A stretch of 57,138 bases of DNA from Polyangiales bacterium (GTDB lineage Bacteria; Myxococcota_A; Polyangia; Polyangiales; Ga0077539): NCBI GenBank assembly GCA_046351535.1, contig JAXLYG010000023.1, positions 128,001 to 185,138 of the forward strand, given 5' to 3'. Both the position numbers and the translations under genes were made by a program. Below the pieces are notes generated by a model. That model worked only from the letters and a program-made list of their open reading frames with translations, was not told the origin of the DNA and ran no database searches. Every line of letters begins with the position of its first letter. Position 1 is the first letter of the stretch. This document shows positions 43,971-53,707 of the stretch, piece after piece.

Positions 43971-45503
43971 ATGGCACCCCCTTCACTTCGGTCTCTCACT
44001 GCGGCGCTGCTCCTCGCGGCGTGTGGCACGTCGGAGCCCGTCGCCCCGCGCGACGCGGGCAACGACCTCGCCGACTCGCCCCCCACGTCTGATGTCACCG
44101 CCGACGCGGCCGACGTCACCGACGTCACCGACATCACCGATGTCCCGACGCGACGATTGCCCGTGATTGAAGGGCTCTCCGAGCTGCCCGACAGGAACCC
44201 CGACCCCCGCATCGTCGAGGTGAACCTCACCTCGGCGCCCGCGGTCGCGCACTGGCGCGAGGGCGTCGACTCCGACGTGCTCGCCTACAACGGGATGATC
44301 CCCGGGCCCATGATCCACGCGCGCGTCGGCGACCGGGTGATCGTCCACTTTCGCAACGAGATGGAGGACGACACCACCGTGCACTGGCACGGCCTGCGGA
44401 TCTCGGACCTGATGGACGGCTCGCCCGCCCTTCAGGAGCCCGTGCGACCGGGCGGTGAGTTCACCTACGACTTCGTCGTCCCCGACGCGGCGACCTTCTG
44501 GTACCACTCGCACATCGGCACGGCCGAGCAGATCGAGCGGGGGCTCTACGGCGCGCTCGTCGTCCACGAGGCCGATCCGCCCGCGGTCGATCGCGAGCGC
44601 ATCTTCGTGCTCGACGACGTGAAGCTCGCGTCGAGCGGACAGATCGCGCCGGCCCTCACGAGCGGCCCCGACATCGGCCGCGGACGCTACGGCAACGTGC
44701 TCCTCACCAACGGCCAGGCGACGCCCGTCACGGCCACGGCCGCCCGCAACGCCGTCGAGCGCTGGCGCATCGTGAGCGCAGCCAACGCGCGCTCCCTCCG
44801 CGTGCGCGTCGACGGCGCCGTGTGGAAGGTCGTCGGCACCGACGGGGGGCTTCTCCCGACGCCCTATGAAACAAGCGAGATCGTGGTGGGGCCCGGCCAG
44901 CGCTACGACCTCGAGGTGCGCATGGAAGACGGCTCCGCGAGCGCCGCCGAGCTCGTCACCACGGTGCTCACGGCGCTCTCTGACGGCGGCATCGCGGACC
45001 GCGACTACACCCTCGCCTCGGTCACCCTCGACGGAGAGGTCGCGCCCAGGCCCGCGTGGGTCGCGCCCGCGGTGACGCTCCCCAACGCGGCGCCCGCGAT
45101 GGCGCAGGCGCTCAACTGGGCGCTCAGCGGTCGCGTCGTCGACGCCGGCGTGGAGTTCACCATCAACGGCGTCGCGGGCCTCGGCCACGGGAGTCACACG
45201 GCCACGCACGACTACATCGAGCGGGTGCCGCAGAACGCGCCCGTGCGCATCACGCTGCGGAGCGACGTGAGCCCCGAGCACCCCTTTCACCTCCACGGGC
45301 AGTTCTTTCAGATCGTGGCGCCGCAGTCGCGCGCGCGCCTCGAGCCGGGCTTGAAAGACGTGGTGCTGGTGCGCGGCGCCGAGCCCGTCACGATCCTCTC
45401 GTACTTCGAAAACCCCGGGCGCTGGATGGTCCACTGCCACATCTCGGAGCACGCCGAGCGCGGGATGATGAGCGAGATCATGGTGCTCCCCCCGTCGCCA
45501 TGA
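43971..45503 (+). CDS. multicopper oxidase (laccase/CueO-like) lipoprotein
   Basis: Lipobox LLLAACGTS. DVTDVTDITDV repeat linker. Copper ligand motifs HWHG, HSH, HPFHLHG and HCHISEHAERGMM. Confidence 0.85.
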   Translation: MAPPSLRSLTAALLLAACGTSEPVAPRDAGNDLADSPPTSDVTADAADVTDVTDITDVPTRRLPVIEGLSELPDRNPDPRIVEVNLTSAPAVAHWREGVDSDVLAYNGMIPGPMIHARVGDRVIVHFRNEMEDDTTVHWHGLRISDLMDGSPALQEPVRPGGEFTYDFVVPDAATFWYHSHIGTAEQIERGLYGALVVHEADPPAVDRERIFVLDDVKLASSGQIAPALTSGPDIGRGRYGNVLLTNGQATPVTATAARNAVERWRIVSAANARSLRVRVDGAVWKVVGTDGGLLPTPYETSEIVVGPGQRYDLEVRMEDGSASAAELVTTVLTALSDGGIADRDYTLASVTLDGEVAPRPAWVAPAVTLPNAAPAMAQALNWALSGRVVDAGVEFTINGVAGLGHGSHTATHDYIERVPQNAPVRITLRSDVSPEHPFHLHGQFFQIVAPQSRARLEPGLKDVVLVRGAEPVTILSYFENPGRWMVHCHISEHAERGMMSEIMVLPPSP

Positions 45504-46222
45504 GCATCGACCGAAGCATCGATGACGTGCTCCGTGACGCGGGCACGCCCGAGCGCGCCGAGCAGGAGAGGCGCTACCTCAAGAGCGAGCTCACCCACTA
45601 CGGCGTGCCCGTTCCCGCGATCCGTCGCGCGGTGAAGGGCGCCCTCGCGGAGGCGCCCGACCTCACGCGGGTGGAGCTCGTGCGCGCCGTCGCGGCGCTG
45701 TGGTCTCAGCCCGTGCACGAGCGCCGCTCGGCGGCGATCGAGCTGCTGGTGCAGCGGGTGAGGCTCCTCGAAGACGGCGACCTCGCGCTCGTCGAGCGGC
45801 TCTTGCGAGACTCGAAGACGTGGGCCTACGTCGACGTGCTCTCGGCGCACGTGGCGGGCGCGCTCGTCGAGCGCTCGCCGAAGCTCAACGCGACGCTCGA
45901 CCGCTGGGCCACGGACGAGAACTTCTGGCTCCGTCGCTCGGCGATGCTCGCGCTCCTCGTGCCGCTTCGAAAGGGCGGCGGAGACTTCGACCGCTTCGGT
46001 CGCTACGCCGACGCGATGCTCGACGAGAAGGAGTTCTTCATTCGCAAGGCCATCGGGTGGGTGCTCCGCGAGGTGGCGAAGAAGCGCCCCGCGCTCGTCG
46101 CGGCGTGGATGCTCCCGCGGGCGAAGCGGGCGTCGGGCCTGACCTTCCGCGAGGCGACGCGCGCCCTCCCCGACGCGCAGCGCGCGAAGCTGGAGCGGGC
46201 GAGAGACGCGAAATCCCGGTAG
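45500..46222 (+). CDS. DNA alkylation repair (AlkD-like HEAT-repeat) protein
   Basis: ATG overlaps the oxidase stop (ATGA). ERRYLKSEL..YGVPVP and WAYVDVLS...FWLRRSAMLALL...FIRKAIGWVLRE are AlkC/AlkD-family blocks. 240 aa. Confidence 0.6.
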   Translation: MSIDRSIDDVLRDAGTPERAEQERRYLKSELTHYGVPVPAIRRAVKGALAEAPDLTRVELVRAVAALWSQPVHERRSAAIELLVQRVRLLEDGDLALVERLLRDSKTWAYVDVLSAHVAGALVERSPKLNATLDRWATDENFWLRRSAMLALLVPLRKGGGDFDRFGRYADAMLDEKEFFIRKAIGWVLREVAKKRPALVAAWMLPRAKRASGLTFREATRALPDAQRAKLERARDAKSR

Positions 46223-46354
46223 ACGGGGGTTCGGCGCACCCCGGCGCGCGGCGCTCGCGAGGGGGCGAAGGCGCTCTGCGCTGGATCGGCGACGCGATTC
46301 GTCCGAGGATGCGCCCGCGACCCGCGAGCGGAGCGGAACCGGGAGTGTGCGCAC

Positions 46355-47872
46355 GTGCGATCGGCGGAGACCGTCATCATCGGAGCTGGCGCAGCCGGGT
46401 CGGTGATCGCCGCACGCATGACCGAGCGCAGCGACCACGAGGTGCTCCTCCTCGAAGCGGGCGTCGACTATCCCTCGCCCGACGACCTCCCGAGCGACCT
46501 CCGCGACGGGACGCGCAACTCCACGAAGCTCCACGACTGGGGCTACAAGCACCGCGTGAACTCCGTGGCGGCGCTGCGCTTTCCGCTGCCGCGGGGGCGC
46601 GTCGTCGGGGGGTCGTCGGCGGTCAACACGTGCATCGCGCTGCGCGGCGTTCCCTCGGACTTCGACGAGTGGGCCGCGCTCGGCCTCGACGACTGGTCGT
46701 GGGCGCGGTGCCTCCCCGCGTTCAAGCGCCTCGAGCGCGACCTCGACCACCGCAACGAATGGCACGGCGCCGACGGCCCGATCCCCATTCGCCGTCACAC
46801 GCGCGACGAGCTCGTGCCGTGGCAGGCCGCGTTCCTCGACGCGTGCGAGCGCATGGGCCTCCCGCGAACGGACGATTCGAATCACCCCGAGGCCACGGGC
46901 GCCGGCGCGCACCCGATGAACAAGATCGACGGAGAGCGCATGGGCGCCGCGCGCTGCTACCTCACGCCCGAGGTCCGCGCGAGGCCCAACCTGCGCATCC
47001 AGCCCGGCGCGCTCGTGCGCAGGGTCATCGCGCGCGGAGGCCGCGTGACGGGCGTCGAGTTCGAATCGCTCGGCGTGGTGCGCATGGTGGCCGCGAAGCG
47101 CGTGGTGCTCTGCGGCGGCGCCATCGCGACGCCGGGCGTGCTCCTGCGGTCGGGCATCGGACCGAAGGCGCGCGTCGAGGCCATCGGCGTGACGCCCCTG
47201 CTCGACGTCGCGAACGTGGGCGCGCGCCTCCTCGATCACCCCGGCGCGGCCTTCTTTCTGTGGCCGAAGCGCGGCGTGTGCGACGTGAAGCACCCGCTCA
47301 TCCAGACGGCGTATCGCTTTCGATCGGAGCGCGGCGCGCACCTCAACGACCTCCAGGTGCAGCCGGGGTCGGCGGTGGTGCTCCCCTTCGCGTCGCTGCC
47401 CCTCGTCTCGATCATGTGTCACGTCGGCAAGCCGCGCGGACGCGGCTCGATCACCTACGCCACCGCGCGCGCCGACGAGCGCCCGATGATCGAGTCGCGG
47501 CTGCTCGATGACCCCTACGACCGCGCCCTCGCCGTCGAGGCCCTCTCGATGGCGTGGGCGATCTCGCAGACCGCGCCGATGAAGGACATGGCGAAGGTCG
47601 TGTGGCCTCCCCCGCGCGCGGTGGCCGACCGGGCCTCGCTCGACGGATGGATCCGGCGCGTGTGCGACTCGGGCTATCACGCGTGCGGGACGGTTCCGAT
47701 GGGGCGACCGGGCGAAGGCGCCGTCGACGGACGCGGGCGCTTCGACGGCATCGAGGGGCTCATCGTCGCCGACGCGAGCCTCATGCCCACGGTGCCCACG
47801 GGGAACATCCACCTCCCCTCGCTGATGATCGGCGAGCGCTTCGGCGAGTGGCTCCGCGACGGCGCGCTCTGA
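46355..47872 (+). CDS. GMC-family FAD oxidoreductase (choline dehydrogenase-like)
   Basis: GTG start. Rossmann motif IIGAGAAGSVIAARMTE. GGSSAVN. C-terminal HACGTVPMG active-site region (His) and GLIVADASLMP. Confidence 0.8.
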   Translation: MRSAETVIIGAGAAGSVIAARMTERSDHEVLLLEAGVDYPSPDDLPSDLRDGTRNSTKLHDWGYKHRVNSVAALRFPLPRGRVVGGSSAVNTCIALRGVPSDFDEWAALGLDDWSWARCLPAFKRLERDLDHRNEWHGADGPIPIRRHTRDELVPWQAAFLDACERMGLPRTDDSNHPEATGAGAHPMNKIDGERMGAARCYLTPEVRARPNLRIQPGALVRRVIARGGRVTGVEFESLGVVRMVAAKRVVLCGGAIATPGVLLRSGIGPKARVEAIGVTPLLDVANVGARLLDHPGAAFFLWPKRGVCDVKHPLIQTAYRFRSERGAHLNDLQVQPGSAVVLPFASLPLVSIMCHVGKPRGRGSITYATARADERPMIESRLLDDPYDRALAVEALSMAWAISQTAPMKDMAKVVWPPPRAVADRASLDGWIRRVCDSGYHACGTVPMGRPGEGAVDGRGRFDGIEGLIVADASLMPTVPTGNIHLPSLMIGERFGEWLRDGAL

Positions 47873-49642
47873 TCAGATGCAGTAGCTCCCCGAGCACCGC
47901 GCGGGCGCGACGCAGGTCCCGGCGCAGCAGAGCTGTCCTCGCGCGCCGCACGCGCGGCAGTAGCCCGCGGAGCAGGCGTTCCCCGCGGAGCAGGAGCTGC
48001 CCGGGCAGCAGGTCTGGTTCGCGAGCCCGCACACGCGGCAGAAGCCTGCGGAGCAGTAGTTCCCCGCGGAGCAAGAGCTCCCGGGGCAGCAGGTCTGGTT
48101 GGTGAGCCCGCACACGCGGCAGAAGCCCGCAGAGCAGTAGTTCCCCGCGGAGCAGGAGCTCCCCGGACAGCAGGTCTGGTTGGTGAGCCCGCACACGCGA
48201 CAGAAGCCCGCGGAGCAGTAGTTCCCTGCCGAGCAGGAGCTCCCGGGGCAGCAGGTCTGGTTGGTGAGCCCGCACACGCGGCAGTAGCCCGCGGAGCAGT
48301 AGTTCCCCGCCTCGCAGACGCTGCCGGGGCAGCACACGGCGCTCGTCGATCCGCACGCGCGGCAGTAGCCCGCGGAGCAGTAGTTCCCTGCGCCGCAGAC
48401 GCTGCCGGGGCAGCAAAGCTGGCTGGTGGTCCCGCACGCGCGACAGAGGCCGCCGGAGCAGTAGCTCCCCGCCGCGCAGACGCTCCCGGTGCAACACGTC
48501 TGGCCCGCGGAGCCGCAGGTGGTGCCCGTCACGCAGGTGCCCGAGAGGCAGCGGAGTCCCGTTCCGCAGATCGTGCCCGAGCAGCACGCGGCGCCGAGCG
48601 TCCCGCATGCCGTGGTCATCGTCACGCAGAGGCCCGACGCGCACATGAGCCCCGCGCCGCAGAGCGTCCCCGCGCAGCACGCGGCGCCGAGCGTCCCGCA
48701 CGTGGTCGACGTCGTGGAGCACGTCCCCGACGAGCAGGTGAGGCCCGCGTTGCAGACCGATCCGCCGCAGCACGCCTGCCCCGCCATGCCGCACGGAGGC
48801 GGCGTGCACGCGCCCGCGGCGCACGTGAGCCCCGCGTTGCAGACGCTCCCCGAGCAGCACGGTTGACCGCTCGCGCCGCAGGTCACCGTCGACATGATGC
48901 AGCTCCCCGCGGAGCACTCGAGGCCCGTGTCGCAGAGGCGTCCGCCGCAGCACGTCTGACCGAGCATCCCGCACGCGGTCGAGGTGATGCAGCTCCCCGA
49001 GGAGCACTCGAGGCCCATGTCGCAGAGGCGTCCGCCGCAGCAGGTCTGACCGCGCATGCCGCACACGGTCGACGAGGCCACGCAGCGGTTGTCGACGCAC
49101 GACGCGCCCGAGCCGCAGACGTTGCCCGCGCAGCACACCTGATCGACCATGCCGCAGGGCGGCGCCGCGCAGGTCCCCGCGGTGCAGAGGAGGTCGCGCT
49201 CGCAGCTATCGCCGCGGCAGCAGAGGGCGCCCATCCCCCCGCACGCGACGCACATCCCCATGCGGCACACGCCGCCCGAGTCGCACACGTCGCCGCAGCA
49301 CGGCGCGCCCACGGGTCCGCACGCGACCATCGCGTCCATCGCGTCCATCGCGGGCGCGGTGTCGATGCTCACATCGGGAGGGCTCACCGCGTCGATCGAC
49401 GCGTCGAGGTCGACATCGGCCGCGGGCGCGTCGTCGCCCAGATCCGAGACGTCGTCGGCGTCGGCGGCGTCGGCGGGGTCAGCGTCCGCGGTCAGCGCGT
49501 CGTCGGCGTCTTTCGCGTCGGGGCGATCGTCGTAGATCGTGAGGGCGTCGTCGAAGTCGACGGGGGGCGGGACGAACACCTCCGCGGCGCGCGCGCAGGC
49601 GAGCGTCGAGAAGCAGAGCAGCACCCACGCGATACGACGCAT
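47873..49642 (-). CDS. secreted cysteine-rich tandem-repeat protein (Myxococcus-type Cys-rich repeat, about 19 modules)
   Basis: Signal peptide from ATG 49642 (MRRIAWVLLCFSTLACARA). Acidic linker. Then repeated 24-27-aa modules C-G-x2-G-Q-x-C-C-x-G-x2-C-x-x-G-x-x-C-x-x-G-x-C. Three or four consecutive modules are identical (RVCGLTNQTCCPGSSCSAGNYCSAGFC), reflecting about 81-bp near-identical DNA repeats in 47900..48320. Confidence 0.7.
   Translation of the reverse strand: MRRIAWVLLCFSTLACARAAEVFVPPPVDFDDALTIYDDRPDAKDADDALTADADPADAADADDVSDLGDDAPAADVDLDASIDAVSPPDVSIDTAPAMDAMDAMVACGPVGAPCCGDVCDSGGVCRMGMCVACGGMGALCCRGDSCERDLLCTAGTCAAPPCGMVDQVCCAGNVCGSGASCVDNRCVASSTVCGMRGQTCCGGRLCDMGLECSSGSCITSTACGMLGQTCCGGRLCDTGLECSAGSCIMSTVTCGASGQPCCSGSVCNAGLTCAAGACTPPPCGMAGQACCGGSVCNAGLTCSSGTCSTTSTTCGTLGAACCAGTLCGAGLMCASGLCVTMTTACGTLGAACCSGTICGTGLRCLSGTCVTGTTCGSAGQTCCTGSVCAAGSYCSGGLCRACGTTSQLCCPGSVCGAGNYCSAGYCRACGSTSAVCCPGSVCEAGNYCSAGYCRVCGLTNQTCCPGSSCSAGNYCSAGFCRVCGLTNQTCCPGSSCSAGNYCSAGFCRVCGLTNQTCCPGSSCSAGNYCSAGFCRVCGLANQTCCPGSSCSAGNACSAGYCRACGARGQLCCAGTCVAPARCSGSYCI
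47900..48520. repeat. coding tandem repeats, about 81-bp units, several near-identical
   Basis: Repeated gcaggagctcccggggcagcaggtctggttggtgagcccgcacacgcggcagaagcc... units. They correspond to identical 27-aa protein modules. Confidence 0.75.
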
Positions 49643-49921
49643 TCGAGCGCGATTCGAGCACCTCACGACGGCCCGTGTCCAGCGGCGCGCAGCGGAACGA
49701 CCCGCGGGTCATCCCCCGACGCCGCCCGCCCCGTTGCCCTGAGAGTGACGCCCCTCGATCTGGCGGGTCGAGACGCGCGACCGTCGCGCCCATTCGTGCT
49801 CGGGACTCACCCCGCGAGCGACGGCGAGAATCCCTGAACACCCGTCGTTCAAGGGCAAATGCGAAGGTCGATCGACGCGCTTCCCCTCGCGGAGGGCGAG
49901 GTGATAGCGGTCAGTGACCCC

Positions 49922-51547
49922 ATGCAACGACACGTCATGCTCCTCGCGGGCGCGCTCCTCGGCGCGTGTGACGCCGGCACGCAGCAGCCGACCTACAAGC
50001 CCGATGTCGACGCGTCGGTGCCCGTCGATGCGCCCGCGAGCGTCGACGTGCGACCCGCGAGCGACGTGAGCGCCACGGTCGATCGCCCCGTGGCGGTCGA
50101 TCGACCGGCGGGCGACGTGACGACGCAGTCCGACGCGAGCGGCGACGTGAACAGCCGCTACGACGTGACGCCCGCGAGCGACGCGCCGACCTGCGACGCG
50201 GGCGGCGCGTGCGCCACGCGGCCCGAGGGGTGTGTCGCCACGGAGGTCTGCTACGACGGCCTCGACAACAACTGCGACACGCGCGTCGACGAGGGGTGTC
50301 CGTGCATCCCCGGCGCGGTGCAGCGGTGCTCGCTCGCGCCGCCCGGACACCGCGGCGTCGGAACGTGCAGCGACGGCAACCAGACCTGCGTGGGCACCGG
50401 AGAGTTCGGGTCGTGGAGCGCCTGCGTGGGCGCGATCTCTCCGTCGGCCGAGACGTGTGACGGCGCCGACAACGACTGCGACGGATGCCCCGACGACGGC
50501 CTCTGCTGCCGCCCCGCGGGGACGTGTCCTTCGGCGGGCGACCCGCGCGTGCCGACGGGGAGGCCCTTCGCGGCGTACTCGCTCCGCGGCTCGACCTTCT
50601 TCCCCGGGACCGCACGCGCGTGGCGCTGGCGCGTGGTGGGCGGCCCCTGCGATCAGCTCCTCTACGCGACGCGCTCGCGCGTGTCGTACCGCGTCGACGG
50701 CGCGAGCGCAGACCCGCGCGAGTCGAGCGCCGAGACGCTCTCGTTCACGCCGACGCTCTCGGGCGACTACACCGTCACGCTCACGGTCACCGCGGCCGAC
50801 GGGTCGACCTTCGAATGCACCTTCGTGGTCTCGGTGCGCGCCCCGGGACTCCGCGTCGAGCTCTGCTGGGACCGCACCGGCAACCCCCGCGCGACCGATG
50901 GAACCGCGGGCGCCGACGTCGACCTCTGGGTGCGCCGCCCCGGCGCCGGCGGACCGTGGGCCTTCACCGTCTTCGACCCCGACGAGACCTGCGGCGCCTA
51001 CAACTGCTTCAACCGCGACGCCGACATCCCGTCGATCTATCGCTCCGACCGCCCCGACTGGGGATACGCGCCCTCGACGGGCGGCGCGTGCCGCACGCCC
51101 GACGTCGGCGGGGTGTGCAAGAACCCGCGCCTCGACCTCGACAACAACGGCCTCAACGACGCGACGCACAGCGACACCGACCCCGAGAACATCAACGTCG
51201 ACAGCCCCCGCGACGGAGACTCGTTCCGCGTCGGCGCCTACTACTGGCGGGGCTCCGTGGCGACGCAGCCGATGGTGAACATCTACTGCGGCGGCGCGCT
51301 CCGCGCGACCTTCGGCGGCGCGACGGTCGGCGGCACGCTCTACGGCTCGGCGCCCATCTCGGGCTTCACCACGGGCCGCGGCGGCTTCGACACGGCGTCG
51401 TCGTTCTGGCGCGTCGCCGACGTCACGATGCGCGACGCGGGCAACGCGTGCGACGTCACGCCGCTCGTGCTGAACGACGGCAGCCGCGCGGCCTGCGTGC
51501 AGACCGACACCGACCGCAGCTACAACGGCCGGTGCCAGCGTCGCTGA
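49922..51547 (+). CDS. lipoprotein with MopE-like CxDxxDNDCD putative metal-binding motifs and a PKD/Ig-like region
   Basis: ATG at 49922 (MQRHVMLLAGALLGACDAG, a lipobox). VDxP repeats. CYDGLDNNCDTRVDEGC and CDGADNDCDGCPDDG. SFTPTLSGDYTVTLTVTAADGSTFECTFVVSV is PKD-like. Confidence 0.55.
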   Translation: MQRHVMLLAGALLGACDAGTQQPTYKPDVDASVPVDAPASVDVRPASDVSATVDRPVAVDRPAGDVTTQSDASGDVNSRYDVTPASDAPTCDAGGACATRPEGCVATEVCYDGLDNNCDTRVDEGCPCIPGAVQRCSLAPPGHRGVGTCSDGNQTCVGTGEFGSWSACVGAISPSAETCDGADNDCDGCPDDGLCCRPAGTCPSAGDPRVPTGRPFAAYSLRGSTFFPGTARAWRWRVVGGPCDQLLYATRSRVSYRVDGASADPRESSAETLSFTPTLSGDYTVTLTVTAADGSTFECTFVVSVRAPGLRVELCWDRTGNPRATDGTAGADVDLWVRRPGAGGPWAFTVFDPDETCGAYNCFNRDADIPSIYRSDRPDWGYAPSTGGACRTPDVGGVCKNPRLDLDNNGLNDATHSDTDPENINVDSPRDGDSFRVGAYYWRGSVATQPMVNIYCGGALRATFGGATVGGTLYGSAPISGFTTGRGGFDTASSFWRVADVTMRDAGNACDVTPLVLNDGSRAACVQTDTDRSYNGRCQRR

Positions 51548-51759
51548 TCAGACGCGACACGCGCTCACGGCCACGAGCGGGCGCGCTCCTCGACGACGCC
51601 CCATCGCAGCGCACGTTCCGCCTTGAAAATAGGGCTTTCGTGCGGTCCGTTGTGCGGCCCCCTCGCGTCGCTGCCCCCGACGACTGCGCGGCGGGGCGCG
51701 CTTCGTCGCGCGACGCGGCCGCCATTGACGCAGGCGCGGCGCCGGGGGAGCGTCGGCCC

Positions 51760-52263
51760 GTGCGAGTCGTGGCAGCGGTGTTCTTCGGCGCGATGATGTT
51801 CTTCCTCGCGGCGACGTCGTGCGGCGGGTTTCAGCGGTCGGGCTCGTCGACCTCGGTGCCGCCGTTGAGTCCGCGCGTCACGGTCTTCGGCGCGACCGTC
51901 GCGACTGCGACGCCGGTGCCGCGAGGAGAGGCCATCGAGGCGCCGCTCGCGTGCGGTCAGACGGGCTTCGCGGGCCCCTTCTGGCTCTCGTCGCGCGGTG
52001 AGCTTCTGGTGCTACGGGTGACGGTGCGGGGCGCCGAGACGGCCGAGACCTGCGCGCGCGCGACGTGGATCGACGCGAGCGGCGCGACGCTCGAAGAGGC
52101 CGGCGGCCTGGGGTGCAGCGTCAACGGGGCCGCGGCGTTCACGACGATCCAGCGGTTTCTCCCGCCGAAGGAGGGACCGGAGCGCGAGACCGCGGTGTTC
52201 CTCTCGGTGTCCGCGGCGCGCGCGCGCTGTCACGCCGCGACGATCACGCTCCACCGCCCCTGA
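51760..52263 (+). CDS. hypothetical lipoprotein
   Basis: GTG (or ATG at 51793) followed by FFGAMMFFLAATSCGG, a lipobox. Real-looking composition. It is the 3' part of a long shadow ORF. Confidence 0.4.
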   Translation: MRVVAAVFFGAMMFFLAATSCGGFQRSGSSTSVPPLSPRVTVFGATVATATPVPRGEAIEAPLACGQTGFAGPFWLSSRGELLVLRVTVRGAETAETCARATWIDASGATLEEAGGLGCSVNGAAAFTTIQRFLPPKEGPERETAVFLSVSAARARCHAATITLHRP

Positions 52264-52816
52264 CCGGCGGCCGCTGGAGCGGAGGACGCGCCCCGCCCGG
52301 TCGCACCACGCCCCGGCCCCGCGCGACGGGCGGCGGCGGCGCGTTGGGATCGGGCTCGCCGCACGCGCGCACGGCCACGGCGGCGCGCTCCATGCCGATC
52401 GAGCGACGCAGCGCGGGCACGGCGGCGCGGAGGTAATCGCACGACTCGTAGACGGTGTTGACCCCCGCGTCCCAGAGGTCTGTCGCGTGGAGCTCGACGG
52501 AGTCGTCGTCGCGCACGACCACTTGAATCCCGGAGCCCTCGTAGGTGCCGGGGACGCCCACGCTCTGCGCCGCCTGCTCCGTCGCCGCGTCGTCGGCGAC
52601 GAGGGGCGCGGCCACGGGGACCGCGGCGTCGACCTCTGCGATGTTCTCGGCCACGGCCGCGGCGTGGGCCACGGGGACGCTCGGATCACGCTGCGCAGGA
52701 GGGGTCACCATCGGTCGCTCGGGGCCTCGCCCCCCGCGGGGCTGCGAGGGCGCGTCGCGCTTGCACGCGACGAGCAGGAGGAGAGCTGCGATGGAGAACA
52801 TCCGCGTCATCACCAT
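52244..52816 (-). CDS. hypothetical lipoprotein
   Basis: MVMTRMFSIAALLLLVACKRD (lipobox), with a low-complexity Pro/Gly/Arg C-terminus. Overlaps the convergent gene by 20 nt. Confidence 0.4.
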   Translation of the reverse strand: MVMTRMFSIAALLLLVACKRDAPSQPRGGRGPERPMVTPPAQRDPSVPVAHAAAVAENIAEVDAAVPVAAPLVADDAATEQAAQSVGVPGTYEGSGIQVVVRDDDSVELHATDLWDAGVNTVYESCDYLRAAVPALRRSIGMERAAVAVRACGEPDPNAPPPPVARGRGVVRPGGARPPLQRPPVRGGGA

Positions 52817-53011
52817 GAAACCACCTCTCGATGCGCGACGCGGTCATCCTCTGCTGACGCCGCGCGAGTCGCCGGGAGGATACGTCGCGCGGAGAAGGAG
52901 AGTACAGCCTCGCCATGCGCGGAGGGCCCGCGGAGAAAACGCCCCTATCGTCGTATCGGGTCTCCGAGCGGCGCCGCGGGGCCCCACCGTTCGCGCTACG
53001 ATCGCACGGTC

Positions 53012-53650
53012 GTGAGCGTGACGTCGGCCCCCTCCCCCATCGTGTGGCTCCTGCTCGTCGCGCTGGTGCTCGGCTGCGACGCGCTGGCGCGCTGGGCCGA
53101 CGTGTACGCCGCGACGCTCGAAGGGTGGCGCGCGCGCTGGCGTCTTCGAAGCGTCCAGCGCTCCGATGCCGAGGCGCCCTACCGCAGCGCCGTGCACGGA
53201 GACTGGGAGGAGGTCTCCCCCGCGGGGATTCCGCGCCTCGTCTCGTGCGCGCTCCTCCCCGTCGTGGGCCTGACGCTGGCCTGGACGATCGCCGTGTTCC
53301 TCTCGTTCGGTGACCTCCTCGGCGTGATCGCGGGTCATCGAACCCTCGCCCGCACGCTCGCGGTGATCGTGTTCTGCGTGATCCGCGGCGGCCTCGGGTG
53401 GGCCGTCCTCGGCGCGGGCTACGCGCGCAACGTCCAGCCGATGGTGCTCTGCAGCATGGCGGCGTTGACGCTCGACGGGGCGCTGTCGCAGTTCGAGATC
53501 CCCTGCTCCGACGTGCGTGCGGAAGACGTTCGCATGGGCTACTGGGGCGCCGCGATCGACGCGCTCGCGCTGCTCGCGTTCGCGCTGAAGACGCTGCGCC
53601 CCCGCGGCACGACCGAGGTCGACCCCACCTCGCTCCCTCGCATGAACTGA
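53012..53650 (+). CDS. hypothetical polytopic membrane protein
   Basis: GTG start (alternative at 53018). Four predicted TM helices: IVWLLLVALVLGC, LVSCALLPVVGLTLAWTIAVFL, LAVIVFCVIRGGLGWAVLGAG and MVLCSMAALTL. Confidence 0.4.
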   Translation: MSVTSAPSPIVWLLLVALVLGCDALARWADVYAATLEGWRARWRLRSVQRSDAEAPYRSAVHGDWEEVSPAGIPRLVSCALLPVVGLTLAWTIAVFLSFGDLLGVIAGHRTLARTLAVIVFCVIRGGLGWAVLGAGYARNVQPMVLCSMAALTLDGALSQFEIPCSDVRAEDVRMGYWGAAIDALALLAFALKTLRPRGTTEVDPTSLPRMN

Positions 53651-53707
53651 CCCCTCCCCCGAGCCCCGCGGGAAGGTCTCCTCCGCGCCGCGGGTTGCGC
53701 CCCTACG

